DNA from: Guillardia theta CCMP2712 | Lineage: Eukaryota; Protista; Cryptophyta | Length of the DNA: 64,000 nt | NCBI RefSeq assembly: GCF_000315625.1 | Contig: NW_005434589.1 | Span: forward strand, 75,330-139,329 | Direction of reading: 5' to 3' | Shown: piece after piece, positions 38,101 to 49,811 of the stretch | Layout of the letters: each line of letters opens with the position of its first letter | Numbering within the stretch: position 1 is the first letter of the stretch | Notes under the pieces: model-generated | What the model was told of the DNA's origin: nothing | What the model saw: the letters and a program-made list of their open reading frames with translations, nothing else | Database searches by the model: none | Position numbers and translations under genes: made by a program

Positions 38101-38880
38101 TGATTCCATTCTCCTTCTCATAATCCTTACATCTCGACAGAATTTCAGATGCCTGCTCTGCAGCTCTGCAGTCCATCCAAAGCAATGCTGGTCGCAAGGG
38201 TTTCTTGTGATCATCCAAAGCTACCACTGTGCAGCAAGTTGTATCCACACACAATGCTTTGACCCTCATGTTCACATTCTTATGAACTTGATCCGTCTGT
38301 TTGATCAATCCTCGCACTTAAACAAGCTCAATGTGAGGTCATAAAACTCTGATGAAATCAGATACCTGCTTTACCCATGCTCTGCCACCACTCGTCTGGA
38401 TCCTGTTCTGCCCATCCTGGATGTGGATGCCGAGTCTCGTATGGAGCCGCAAATTGTCCCAACATGTTGCCCTTGACGTCGAACATCTGTGAGAAATTTG
38501 AATGAGGGGAGATAAGTTGGGGAGTTCATGATCCACCGCTGCACGAATGGACTCTGTTCCACCATCGACACTTATGAACAGGGAGTCGGATGGCTGGCAG
38601 CCACCCCTGATGCGAAGCAAGGGCGACTTTCCTGCGAGCTCTCATCAAGACGATAGTCGTTCATCGACGAAAGTACCAAGACTCTTCAAGACTGTCGGGG
38701 CGGCTTGAATCTGGAACATCCAGACCGTAGCGATAGCTGGAGAGATCATCATTCCATTTCAGATCAATCCAAGTAGGAGGCACAGAAGGAGGAGAGGAGG
38801 AGAGACAGCTGTCGATCATGATCACCTGCTCGCTGCAGCAGCTTCACCACCATCCATCCCCTTCCTCCCCGGGCCGGCAT
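35174..38880 (-). CDS. FGGY-family pentulose kinase (ribulokinase-like) fused to ribulose-phosphate 3-epimerase; multi-exon, with presequence
   Basis: Kinase: ISVDGGTESIRA, HPGWAEQDPDEWW, VDTTCCTVV, LLWMDCRA, QGGPDA, LITGSSHLH, LLGCAILAAVATG. RPE: KICPSLLACDW, WIHL|DMFDG, LTFGP, LDVHLVV, VEPGFGGQKF, MVDGGIN, VAGSFVF. The ORF at 36302-36508 reads from the kinase tail straight into the RPE N-terminus. Confidence 0.88.
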
Positions 38881-39134
38881 GGCGGCCAAAATCCTAGTTC
38901 CTCCAATGATTTTGTAGCCGTAGATCACCGTGCCACCCAGCGTGCTGCTCTGCTCAGTCCAGACTGTGAGTTGCTCACTCGCCGCCGCGGCCCCGGGCCT
39001 GTACGACGGACTGTAGTCAGAGGGTCAAGCCCCCTCGACTCTCTTGATAGTCCCTGTTGACTACCAGTACCGTACCCGGTACGGTTAGTTGTCATCACTG
39101 TTTATGAACGGGTTTAATTGGTCTTTCAACTTTT

Positions 39135-42100
39135 TTAAGGACAATTGCAATTCCCGCAGTTGCTAGCACAGACGCTACAACAGTATGTTCCCTTGCAAGT
39201 CGTCTGCCCTGCTGCAGTTCGCAGTTGCCCACAGGTCGTCAAGTAGTTCTGCAGTACCCCCGTCAGCTCGTTACATGGCAAGCGTTAGCTCGACTCACAT
39301 GAGAAGTTGTGTTGATGGTGTAGGTAGGCCAGCTCGAGACGTTCTTCACCTCCACGAGGCCCACAAGCCACCAGGAGCTCCTCCTGACCCGCACGGGCAT
39401 GATGGAGCGGAGAATCAGCCCGCTGCTGTCATAGAATTCCACCGTCTCGTTCCCCTTGAACTGCTGGAAGGTTTCCCCCCTGTTGATGTAGACGTTCACT
39501 GCCACCTTGTAGATCCCCTCCTGCGCCCCGAGCCCGAACGTGATCGTCTCTGGCCCGAACCCCGATACCGCGTCAACGTCCAACTGAATTCCACGGTTGG
39601 GCCCCTTGTCGTCCCAGTACACGATCCCTCCTGTAGCCGGGTCTCCTCCATCGTTGGCAATGACCCACAGGTCAAGGTCGAGAGGAGTCGCTCCCCACGT
39701 GAGGACGACGCGGAGGGTGTGAGGCGCTGGGAGAGGCACCATGACGACAACCAGCTGCAGGCTGCTGTCTGTTACTGAGAAGAAGAGATTGCGATCGACG
39801 TAGCCCGCGATCGTGAAGAGTCCGTCGTAGGAACCAGCTGGGAGGTAGATGAACGAGGAGGTGAACTGAGTCCAGACAGAGTCGGGGCAAGACTGGACAG
39901 CGGACGACGGGTTGCACGGCCTTTTGTCCAGACCAGCAGTCCCGACAGCAACCACCCGATCGCTCGAGCAAGGCTTGAATGAGCACAGGGTGGTACATCG
40001 GTCCCGCACGAGGCCTTGAGCAGGCAGCGAGTCACAGCTGACGTTGTCGAGCTTCTGAGCGACCTGCTGGTAGGAGAGCTGGCACATGTCCCTCCCGTAC
40101 ATCTCGAACAGCTCCTGACACGTCTTCCCACAGATGCTGGAGCTCTGACAAGCTGCTTCCTGTTGGCTGTCCAGGAGCCAGACCTTGTACTGCAGGTTGG
40201 TGAAGTCAGTACGGGATGAGAACTTGACCGCATCCTTGATCGTCAGCTGGACAGGATAGTATTGCACAGTCAGCGGGTTGTAGTTGTAGATGGACTGCGA
40301 GTTGGCGATCCACGTGTAATCGGAGTTTGCGTTCACATAGAAGTAGCCCACCATCCACCACTTGGCATACCCCAGCTGGTACGAGACCGAGGTGACGTAG
40401 GAGCCCTTGATGTAGACGTCTGCCCGGAGACTCTCGCAGGAGGGAGCAGATGGACGGAAGACGGGGGTGCGCGAGTCCATGGGAGGGATCTCGACGTAGA
40501 TCCTGTACTGTCCCTCCACAGCCTTGTAGAGCGAGAGCGAGCAGGAGCCGTTGATGACCTCGTTGACGTCCATCGTCTCGTTGTAGATGCTCTTGGTGTA
40601 GTGGAGCGAACAGGCCTCGACCTCAGCTTTGGCCGAGGCCACGGAGATAAGGGTGGAAGAGGGACCAGCGTACGTCTGCAAATTACTGTCGACATCATAC
40701 CAGTTGTTAGAGGTACCGATGGGCAAGATGAAGAAGGATAGCTCCGGGTACTGGCTACCCCAGTTGAACACGATCCTCCCCCTTAAATCTGCTGGAGACA
40801 GGAAGAAGTTCAGGAGCTTCTTCTTCCTGTCCATGGTGAAGCAGAAAGTTCGTGAGATGTACTGGGGGACCCTCAGGGTGATGTTGTAGGAGCCGCTGGC
40901 GAGGAGAATGCCGGCCGCCCCGTCGGAGTCGGAGCTCCCTGAGGACAAGAGGACTGAGTTTGGACCGGAGATCTCGTAGGAGGAGGATTGGATGATGCCG
41001 TAGTCCCTGGCTGAACGAATGCGGAAGTAGAAAAGCTGCATCTGTGAAGACAAGGGTGAGAAGAGGGAATGGTTCTTCTTGATCAGGTGAAAGGGTCAAC
41101 TACAACTCAACTGCTGGAAAGGAGGAGTGGAGGTGAGGAGCGGAGGGAAGAGGAGGGAGAAGGGTGAGGGGAAGGGGATGCGGAAGAGGAGGAGAGGAGA
41201 GGAGAGGAGAGGAGAGGAGAGGAGAGGAGAGGAGAGGAGAGGAGAGGAGAGGAGAGGAGAGGAGAGGAGAGGAGAGGAGAGGAGAGGAGGGAGGGGGTTG
41301 CATGAGATGGTAGGGATTATTACCTCCATCGCTATGTTTTGCGTCATGTCAAAGCACAACATGGGTATGGTCGACTTGACAGACCCGACCCCCAATGAGA
41401 GGATGGGCAAAGGAGCGACAGGGATCTGCAGGTATCCATCCACAAATGTGTCAACAACCTCAAGAGAGGAGCAGCTCCTCTGCAAGTTGTCTGTGAAGAC
41501 TTTGATGTTCAACACATGCCACCAGCGCTTCAGACTGTCTCCCGTCGTTGCGGCGCCCGCCTGTCAACCCGCCCGTCATCTCCCCCGCCTGCCAACTACC
41601 TCTCCCTCCTCAACAGGCTCTCCTTTTCCCCACCTGCACTTGATAGACAGCACGGACGAGGCTAGTCTCCGAGTACATGGTCGCGTAGATCTGGTCGCAG
41701 CTTCCTTGGAACGTCTCGAAGGTACTCTGAGCTCGCACAACCGCATACATCCTGTAGCTCCCAGTCGGGAGGTTGCCGTTCACCTGGACTGAGGCTGGAG
41801 CTTTCCTTGAGACGCGCAAGAGCAAGGAATGAGATGATACCGCTCCCGAAGGCAACAGGTGAATCAGCCTGAAGCAGAAACTCTCCCGGCGAGCAGCCGC
41901 TCTGTGCAGCAGGACAAGGAGATATGACATGCCGGGGACCATCTGCAGTCTCGTCATGCCGGGAACATTACCTAGCTCCTCCTCCTTCACCCATGTAGAG
42001 CGCGTACGCTCCATCAGGCAGCGCGTAGGCTGAGCTTGAAACCTGAGGACCTTCATCATCCTCTGCCATGTTTCCCTCCTGCCTCGTCACCTTCTTCCAT

Positions 42101-44470
42101 TGCCCTCCTTTCGACACGCACGTCGATTCGCTGGTGATTTTCTGGCTGGGAACAGACCACTGGGAGTAGTTAGTAAGGAGGGAGGGACCAACAGCTTGTC
42201 CTACCGTCGTGACGTTGCCTGTTGTGAAGGCGCAGGAATACAACTCCTTGCTGGACATGGTTCACACATCAGAGAAATACTGTAGGACAGGCAGCACGAA
42301 GAGCAGAGGTCTTCAACGAAACTCACACGGTAGACGGGAAGACCAGCCACAAGTCCAAGTTTGAAGGAGAGTCACACCATTCCAGCACTGCAAGACGAGT
42401 GAGCGGAAAGAGGAGGAAACGATCAGTTGGTTGTGCCACCGACTGCGAGCCCGCTGCGTGTGGGTGTCTGCACGCGGGGAGTCAAGGCCGCAGCAAGGGC
42501 AGAGCAGAGGAATACCTGCATGACCGGGTACATGGCAGCTGATATCGTCTTGTTGACATTTGTGATGGTGAATGTCTTGGTGTAGAAGTAGTAACCTGAT
42601 CATCATGTTTGACACACCAACCGAAACATGCAGCATGTGAGGACTCACCTGCTCTCTCCAGCGACATTCTCACCGTGCGATACTTGATCGACAAGATCTC
42701 TTGGCAAGCGTCCAATCCTGAGCAAATGTCACAAGTCACTCAGAGAATTGACCGCGGCCCGTGGCAGCCGGATACCTATGGTATTCAATGCTCCTCTCTT
42801 GATATTTTCGACAGCATTGTTAGCTAAGACGTACTCCATCGACAAGACGGTTCCATTCCTTGGCAATTCTTGTCCTGTTCAGACAAAGACACTTAGTGTC
42901 TCTAGCAATCTTAAAGAAGATTACCTGTCATGGCGTCGAAGAGGACTGATTTCATTGTTGAATTACAGAATTTCAGACTGATCTACATTTTCATCGATCA
43001 GTTGGAAGGTTTCAAAACCAATATCAACGGGCCCTTACAGGAAATAGAGGAGGCATCAGTCTTAGAACGGAATTCCAATTCCAAAAGTGAAATTCACCCC
43101 TGCAGCAAATCTCAGCGGGTATACATACAAGATTTCGAGGTTTCCAACCTGACGAAGCTGTACTTAAAACAGGCCATGTCATCCCTGAGCACCATGAACG
43201 ATCAGGGAGATCTACAATGGGTTTACAGCAAGGTTCAACAGCCCCTCACGTCATGTAACGAGTGCAGCCTGGCTGATGTATGCAAGACCAAGTCGTATGC
43301 TCGGCGTCAGCAAGTGAACCCAAACTTCCAGAGCATCCCTTGTCTTTGAAGAGAGACAGGACTCAGTGAAGATGGGCAGAAACTAAGTTCTCTAGCTACC
43401 GTACTGACGATACGAGAGGTGCAGGGAGTGCCAGGTCAAGAACGGCAAGGAGTTTGTATCTACATCGGCGAGTCAGCAGTCAATGAGACATGTGGAAGCG
43501 TACCATCTGGAATGACAAAGTTGGAGCAATCTTGCGAGCTGGGAGCTAAGCTAATGTACTGGCGGGGGAGAAACATTAGCCTCATCGCCTCTTGTATCCT
43601 CCTTGCGCAACTACCAAAGGTGATGACGACGTGCCATCGCTCTCCACCACGTTCGCCGATGGGGAGCAGTGTCCCATCGCACATCCATACACCCTGTTGC
43701 AAGGCAAGGTCAAGGACGAGAAGACGCTACCCCATTGATTACCTGGTGCATATTCTTGAGAAGGTGTCTGAATATTGTTCGGATGAGGGTTGTTGGTAGT
43801 TGGCTGTTGAGCTTTTCAGACACACAGGATCGAACATCTGAGGGCTGACGATTCTTGTAGACGATCCTCTGGTAGCTTGTCGCCTCTTGGTCGAACACTG
43901 CACACTGTGCATTCATGTCAACTAACAACAAGAAGTCTTGAAACTTTGATTCCGATAACACCTTAGTATAATAAATGTTCTTGACATCTCTTATTAGAGA
44001 ACCAAAGGCCGTAGCGCATTTCAAATCGCACTGATCACTAGCCCTGCCATGCAGCTTAGAGAGATTGACTAGGCTTAATCATCTCATACCAGCATAAATC
44101 TCCTTGTGTCAGCTTCCGCAATGAAGTGATTGCTATCTTACAAGGGTCGGCCAGTTCTGAGGGAGCTGGAAGTCTGGCAATGCAGATATTTCAGCAGCGG
44201 AAACACGATTGAACCACGAGTGTACCTCAAAGAAGGAAACAGATTAGTCCCATTCAAATCTGGCATTGGGCTGTACTCCACCCAAGCATGCCATCCCTGA
44301 AAGTCATCAAGACAACGATTTCCACGTCTTAGATGGCAGTATTTACCGCAACGGTGGAAAATAGTGAGGAGCAGATCACACAACAGAGCGAGAGCGCTGA
44401 GAGATATCAGTCATTGACACCAACTCGGGATAAGTTCACCTCGTTGCCGCGCTCTTGAGGATTGCAACAT
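39135..44470 (-). CDS. Large secreted protein with repeated YfaP/DUF2135-like and PEGA/carboxypeptidase-regulatory-like beta domains plus Cys-rich modules; multi-exon
   Basis: Spliced signal peptide MLQSSRARQRALSLCCVICSSLFSTVA|GW. LRVVLTWGATPLDLDLWV...LDVDAVSGFGPETITF...GIYKVAVNVY, with diverged copies (RIVFNWG...GQYRIYV...WWMVG). Ends CKGTYCCSVCASNCGNCNCP*. Confidence 0.7.
41188..41288. repeat. (GGAGA)n microsatellite, intronic
   Basis: About 19 pentamer copies. Confidence 0.92.
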
Positions 44471-45260
44471 CACCTCAACAGAACAATAAATCCCCGTCCA
44501 TGTGCAGAAAACCCAACCAAGGAAAGCCCAGTTTTAGACTTGGCGCGGCTGGTGCGCCTCCTCAGCCTTGGAGCGTCAGCGAGAACTTCCCTTCTCGTCC
44601 TCCTCGTCCTCCTCTCCTTCTTCTCTCCTCCATGGTGCTGTCAACGCCTCCACTATGTCCGCATGCTCAGTCCTTTCCGGGCTCCTGCCATCATGTTTTG
44701 ACAACCTATCACTCTTACCTGTCCACGGTGGGGTGATCCACGAATGTTGGTCACATGGTGGGGTAGTAAGAAACCTCTTGGCATCATGTTGATTGTTTTT
44801 ACAAGATGAGTGACATAGAAAAGATCAGATTGAAGGGTTCTAGAGACGAGGCCCAGAAAAAAAAAGGGGGTACAGGGTCAGACTGTCTCTTCAACGAAAT
44901 GGACATCACAGGGGTGGGTCCCCAATAATGATTCAAATCGATCGAATTGTTCTGTCAATAAAAAGAATTGTTCGATTCGAATCAAATTGTTAAAACAGTG
45001 AGGATTTTTTGTTATTTTAAAGTTTTGCCAGGGCGAAACAAGCTAGGCTTTCGGCATGGCGGGGGAGGGGGAGGGGGAGTGGGGCGGGGAAGGAAAACGT
45101 CCTCCTCCTCCTCCTGCCTCAGCTCACCATCTCACTCCTCCTCCTTCTCCTTATCACCACCTCTCCTCCCTTCCTACCCCATCTTCCCACCATTCTCTTC
45201 CTCCACGTTCATCCTCCAGACATAATGGTGGCGCGTCGCCCTCAAGCTGGCCGAGTGGGA

Positions 45261-46249
45261 TGGACTACATGGAAGACGAAGAATCTATGCCAGCTCGGGG
45301 AGGGTCTAGCCTAAACTGCAGGGAGGAAGGCGGGGAGAAGTCGTTAGCTGCAGAGTTTGTGCTAGAGGACATTCCTCGTTCGATACAGAACACAAGTTTC
45401 GCGTTTGATCATGACAGAATGTGAGTTATTTGCGAGTCCTGTTTCCTCTTGTTCACGGATTCTTGTCTGTGCACTACAGTGAGAATGGAGGAGAGCGACA
45501 TTTTTTCACCAACGAGCAGCTGTATGAACTTGTCTTGCCTTTGAAGTTACCTTACTTTTCTATGCCGCGATGCTGGTAGAATCGGTCAAATGGAGGAGGA
45601 GGGAGGAGGAGAGCTCAAGGTTATTCTCCTCCAGTATTGACTCGAAGAATGATGAGTCCTTGCAGATTGGGAAAGAAAATTTCATGCTGCTTCAAGAGAG
45701 AGGTTGAGGAGCGGGGGGAGGTGGAGGAGGGGGGGAGGGGGGGGCGATGGTGGATCGGGAGGAAGGAGAATGTTTGTTGTTGTTGGAGAATGCAGGGGAA
45801 AAGAAGGGGGTTGGAGATGGAAGATGAAGGAGCAGGGAGCGATGGTTGAGGAGGGGAGAGAGGAGGAGGCAGGGAAGGGGGTTGTAAGACGGAGGATCAT
45901 TTTTGTATCTCAAGTACTGAATTCTTGATTAGTTCACGAGCTCCGCAAGAACATCCGAGAGTATGAGGAGATTGTCGACATGGTGTCTTGACGTGACTGT
46001 GAGAAGTGAAGAGAGTTGACTCCTGTCCAGTTGCCGGCCGTCAGGCAGTGGGAAGAGAACCTTGAACGCGAACTTGTCCTCCTTCGACAGAAAGTGAGTG
46101 GCAAGCGATACTTTTGTGGTTATGATGATGATGGAGTTGTTGATTATGACTATGATGATGAAGCAGTTGACGACGACGACGACGATGATATGATGGAGTT
46201 GATGATGATGACAATGACGATGACAATGACGATGACAATGATGATGACT

Positions 46250-46318
<69 letters not shown>

Positions 46319-49300
46319 ATAACGACAATTATTTCGATGGTTGTCGGACAAATGTGACGTGGAACGGCAGATGAAGAAGGTGGCGGTGCGGCCATTGGTT
46401 CCCTTGACTTCCCTACAGCAGAGGGAGAGATGTAGAGATGTAGAGACGAGGATGAGGGGGATAGAGGAGTCCGTGGAGAGGAACGAGGAGATAGGTGAGG
46501 AGGACTCGATCCTGCTCCAGCACGTTGCAATCGAGAATCTTGAACTCAGGACGCGGCTGGCAGAGTTGGAGGGAGTCAAGCAGAAGGCTATCGGCATCAC
46601 AGTGAGATTGAGGGAGAAGCTGGCGGAGCTGGCAGAGGAGGAGCTTGATAGGAAGGGAAAGAGGGCTGAGGCTTTGAGACTGAACGAGAAGAATGGAGGA
46701 CAGGGAGCGAGGAGAAGGGAAGGGAAGTGGGAGGGAGAGGAGGGAGACTGTCAGAAGGCGCCAAGCTGGATTCCTGAATTCGTTCAGACGCGTCTCCCAA
46801 GCTTGGGCTCTTCGAATCTCAGCAGGGCCATGAAGGAGCTTAGGAGTGCGGGGATCGCCAAGTTTTCGCCATGGTGGAGCAGGGAAGAGGGTCGAAATGG
46901 GGACGAGACATTAGCGAGAGACGCTGGAGAGGGGGAGGGAGGGAGGCTGGAAGACATCGTGTCCTCCCTCCAGCATCTCTTGGGACATGACGCCGGCTGC
47001 TCGCCATGGGATTGGAACTTGATGAGGAGGGGAGAAGGAAGCGCCGCAGCTGTGGACGAGGACCACTTCCTCTCCGCCATGGCTCAACTTCGCCTCCTCC
47101 TCTCCTCGAAGACCTTCACCCAAGACCTGTTGAATCTTTCTGTCGACAGCCTTTGCATGATGGAGGAAGCGATGAAAGAGTCAGCTTCACCGTCCCCTCC
47201 CTCATCTCGCTCCTCCTCCTCGTCCATGACTCCCTCATGCTCCTGCCTTCCGGGTACTCCTCGATGGATCTGTGCCAACGTTTGACGTAGGTGAGCAGGG
47301 AGGGAGGAAAGCATTTCTCAGCTGCTGGTAGATCTTCTTGCAATCAAAGGAGTGAGAGGAGGAGAGACCTTGACCTTCCACGTTCTCCGCGCCCTCCTTC
47401 TCCTCGTCACTGTGAAGCGAGGCATGCAGACTTTTCTAGGGGACCTAGGAGCTGTGCAACGAAGTCTTGATGTACTCCGAATGAGGAGAAGGAAAGATGG
47501 GTTGCATAGCAGGGAGCAAGAAGCGATGGAGCTGTCTTGTAAACTTCTTTGCATCCTCTGTGAGCAGTAAGAGAAGAAGAAGACGATGATGATCACGATG
47601 GTTTTGACTTCTGACGGCAGGAACGAGTTGAACAAGAAGAGGTTCTTGTCGTATGGAGGAATCGCTTTGCTGATAGAGAGATTGCGTGACGGAGACATCT
47701 GGAGCCATGTGAGCGACTCGAGGTGAGGGTTCGTTCGGCTCGGGTGACGATGTTCCAGGAGTCTGCGCTTGAGGCGCTGACGACATGCTTCTCGTCGGAC
47801 GACAAGACTTGCAAGTAACACGCTGAGGAGGAGGGAACAAAGATGACGAGAGTCGCATGCAGGAACGCCCAGGATGCCGTGCGGGAGGCGAACGGTATTG
47901 CGATCTCAATCAGGCTGTTGAGGTTAGGAAATTCAGCGATGAAGGTTGAGGGTAGCGGGAGTGGGAGAGTGAACTGAGAAAACCTCAGACACTTGTTATC
48001 TGCTTCATCAAGATGTCATGCCAGGACCACAAACTCAATCAGGTCTGCTCTTCCCCGTCCTTTTCCCGGCTTTCCATCATCCCCCTGCTCCTCTTCTGTT
48101 ATGCTCGCCGTCCTTTCTCATGTCCTCGCAAGTTGGCTTTCGGTGAATCTGGGGGGATTGCACTTGTCTTGGAAGTCGTCAAGACCTCGCCTGCTTCCCT
48201 GCAGGTTGCTTCCCACCTCTCCACCTCCTCCTGCTCCCTCCGATTATCTTCATCCATTCCCCCCACCCCCCACCCTCCTCCCTCCTCCCTCCTCCTCCCT
48301 CCTCGCTTGCCTCCCTCATCAATGACCTGCAGGAAGCTTGTATCAATGTCCTGCGGCTCGTCTGCAAATCTTCGGTATCCTCTTCTCATCTCCTCGTTTC
48401 GCTTCTATTCGCTTCCTTGAGTTTCCCACCTCTTGAAGAATCCAATCTGAGCTCCCTCCGCTTCCTGCTTCATCTGCTGCTGCTCTTCTCCTCCTCTCCA
48501 GCCTCTTCCACCTCCTCATTTTCTCTACCTCCTCCTCCTGTCCATCCTCAGATCTTACATGATCCCTTCCAGCATGACAACTGGAAGAGGCTTGTCAGCT
48601 GTCGGGGTGTGGACCTCCTTTGTCGCGTCATGTACACCGGCACCCATGCTGTACAGGTTTCTCCTCCTCCTCCTCCTCCTCCTCCTCCTCCTCCTCTTCC
48701 TCCTCCTCCTCCTCCTCCTCCTCCTCCTTTTCACTCCTCTGCGTCTTCCTCTGCGCTCCTAATCCTCCTGCTCCTCTTCAATCAATCTTTTGTGAGTCTT
48801 GTAGTCTCTTCGTTTGACTTCCACTCCTCCTGATGGTTTTGCACTTCGTTCTTAATGCTGCCTCCTTTCTATCGTTCTTCTCTTTTCATTGTATCGCATT
48901 TTGGCTCATGTTCCCCCTCCTACCTCCCGCAACAAACTTTCCTCTCTTCTCATCTCTCCTACGACGCTCTTCCCTCTTCCCTCTTCCCTCTTCCCTCTTC
49001 CCTCTTCCCTCTTCCCTCTTCTCTCTTCTCTCTTCTCTCTTCACGCCTTCCACATCCTGACTTCCCTTACAGAAGGAGGTGATCGATCTCTTTCTGTCTG
49101 GCTCTGAGGAGGAGAAGGTCAGCGCTGACTCCTCTGTCCTCCTGTCCTCCTGTCCTCCTGTCCTCCTCCTCTGTTCTATTTTCTCCCGACCACCACCTCC
49201 TCTGGCCACCGTCCTCGCATCCTCCTTCCTCTACTTCTTCTCACGCTGCAGCAGCTACTTCTTGAAGAGCTTCAAGGGAACGGCGGGAAACTAGCCATCG

Positions 49301-49483
49301 AGGCTGTGAGTGCTTGGCTGATCCTTGGATCTCATTCCCAGTCTTGTACCTTTCTCTGCTCCTCTTCTTTCTCTGCAGTTCTTTGACTGGAATACCAGGC
49401 CAGAAGCTCTCTCCTCTCTCGCACAGCTGATGTGAGACTCTCTCTCTTGTCCTTCTGACCTTGTCCTTGTCCTTGTCTTCCTT

Positions 49484-49525
<42 letters not shown>

Positions 49526-49660
49526 CTTCTTCCTCGCCATGTTCTCATCGTCTTCTGCTCGTGCAGGCGTGGAAGTTAGACAAGCTTGCCCTGCTTCTTT
49601 CAGATGCCTCTCATCCTGTACTTTAGATATTCTTTGTGTCACATCGGAGGCAGAATGAAA
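45261..49660 (+). CDS. Coiled-coil + armadillo-like repeat protein; exon structure and ends uncertain
   Basis: Coiled coil (ENLELRTRLAELEGVKQK) followed by ARM-like exons: FLGDLGAVQRSLDVL, NKKRFLSYGGIALLIERL, AQDAVREANGIAISIRLL, AFGESGGIALVLEVV, NWKRLVSCRGVDLLCRVM. Confidence 0.55.
46190..46315. repeat. (ATG/GAT)n microsatellite, intronic
   Basis: Long GAT run with GAC/ACA variants. Confidence 0.92.
48661..48728. repeat. (CCT)n microsatellite, intronic
   Basis: About 22 triplets. Confidence 0.9.
48967..49020. repeat. (CTCTTCC)n heptamer repeat, intronic
   Basis: About 7 copies. Confidence 0.85.
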
Positions 49661-49811
49661 TTTATTTTTGCCGTCTCTGCAACTGATAAACTCACTTTTG
49701 ATTCCGAACTAATGTACACGTTCAACTCGACTCCTTCTCCTCATCTCTAAGTTCGTGACATGCAGAGCTACTCCCCTACTTCGCGGAACGTTCCCCTCCT
49801 GCATCCCACCT

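Noticed and set aside
38737-38769. Possible GA-AG intron creating a stronger signal peptide for the kinase
   Set aside because: That frame has no upstream ATG; a canonical GT-AG intron from about 38826 explains the N-terminus.
45929-46600. Poly-His, poly-Met and poly-Ile ORFs
   Set aside because: Translations of an intronic (GAT)n microsatellite.
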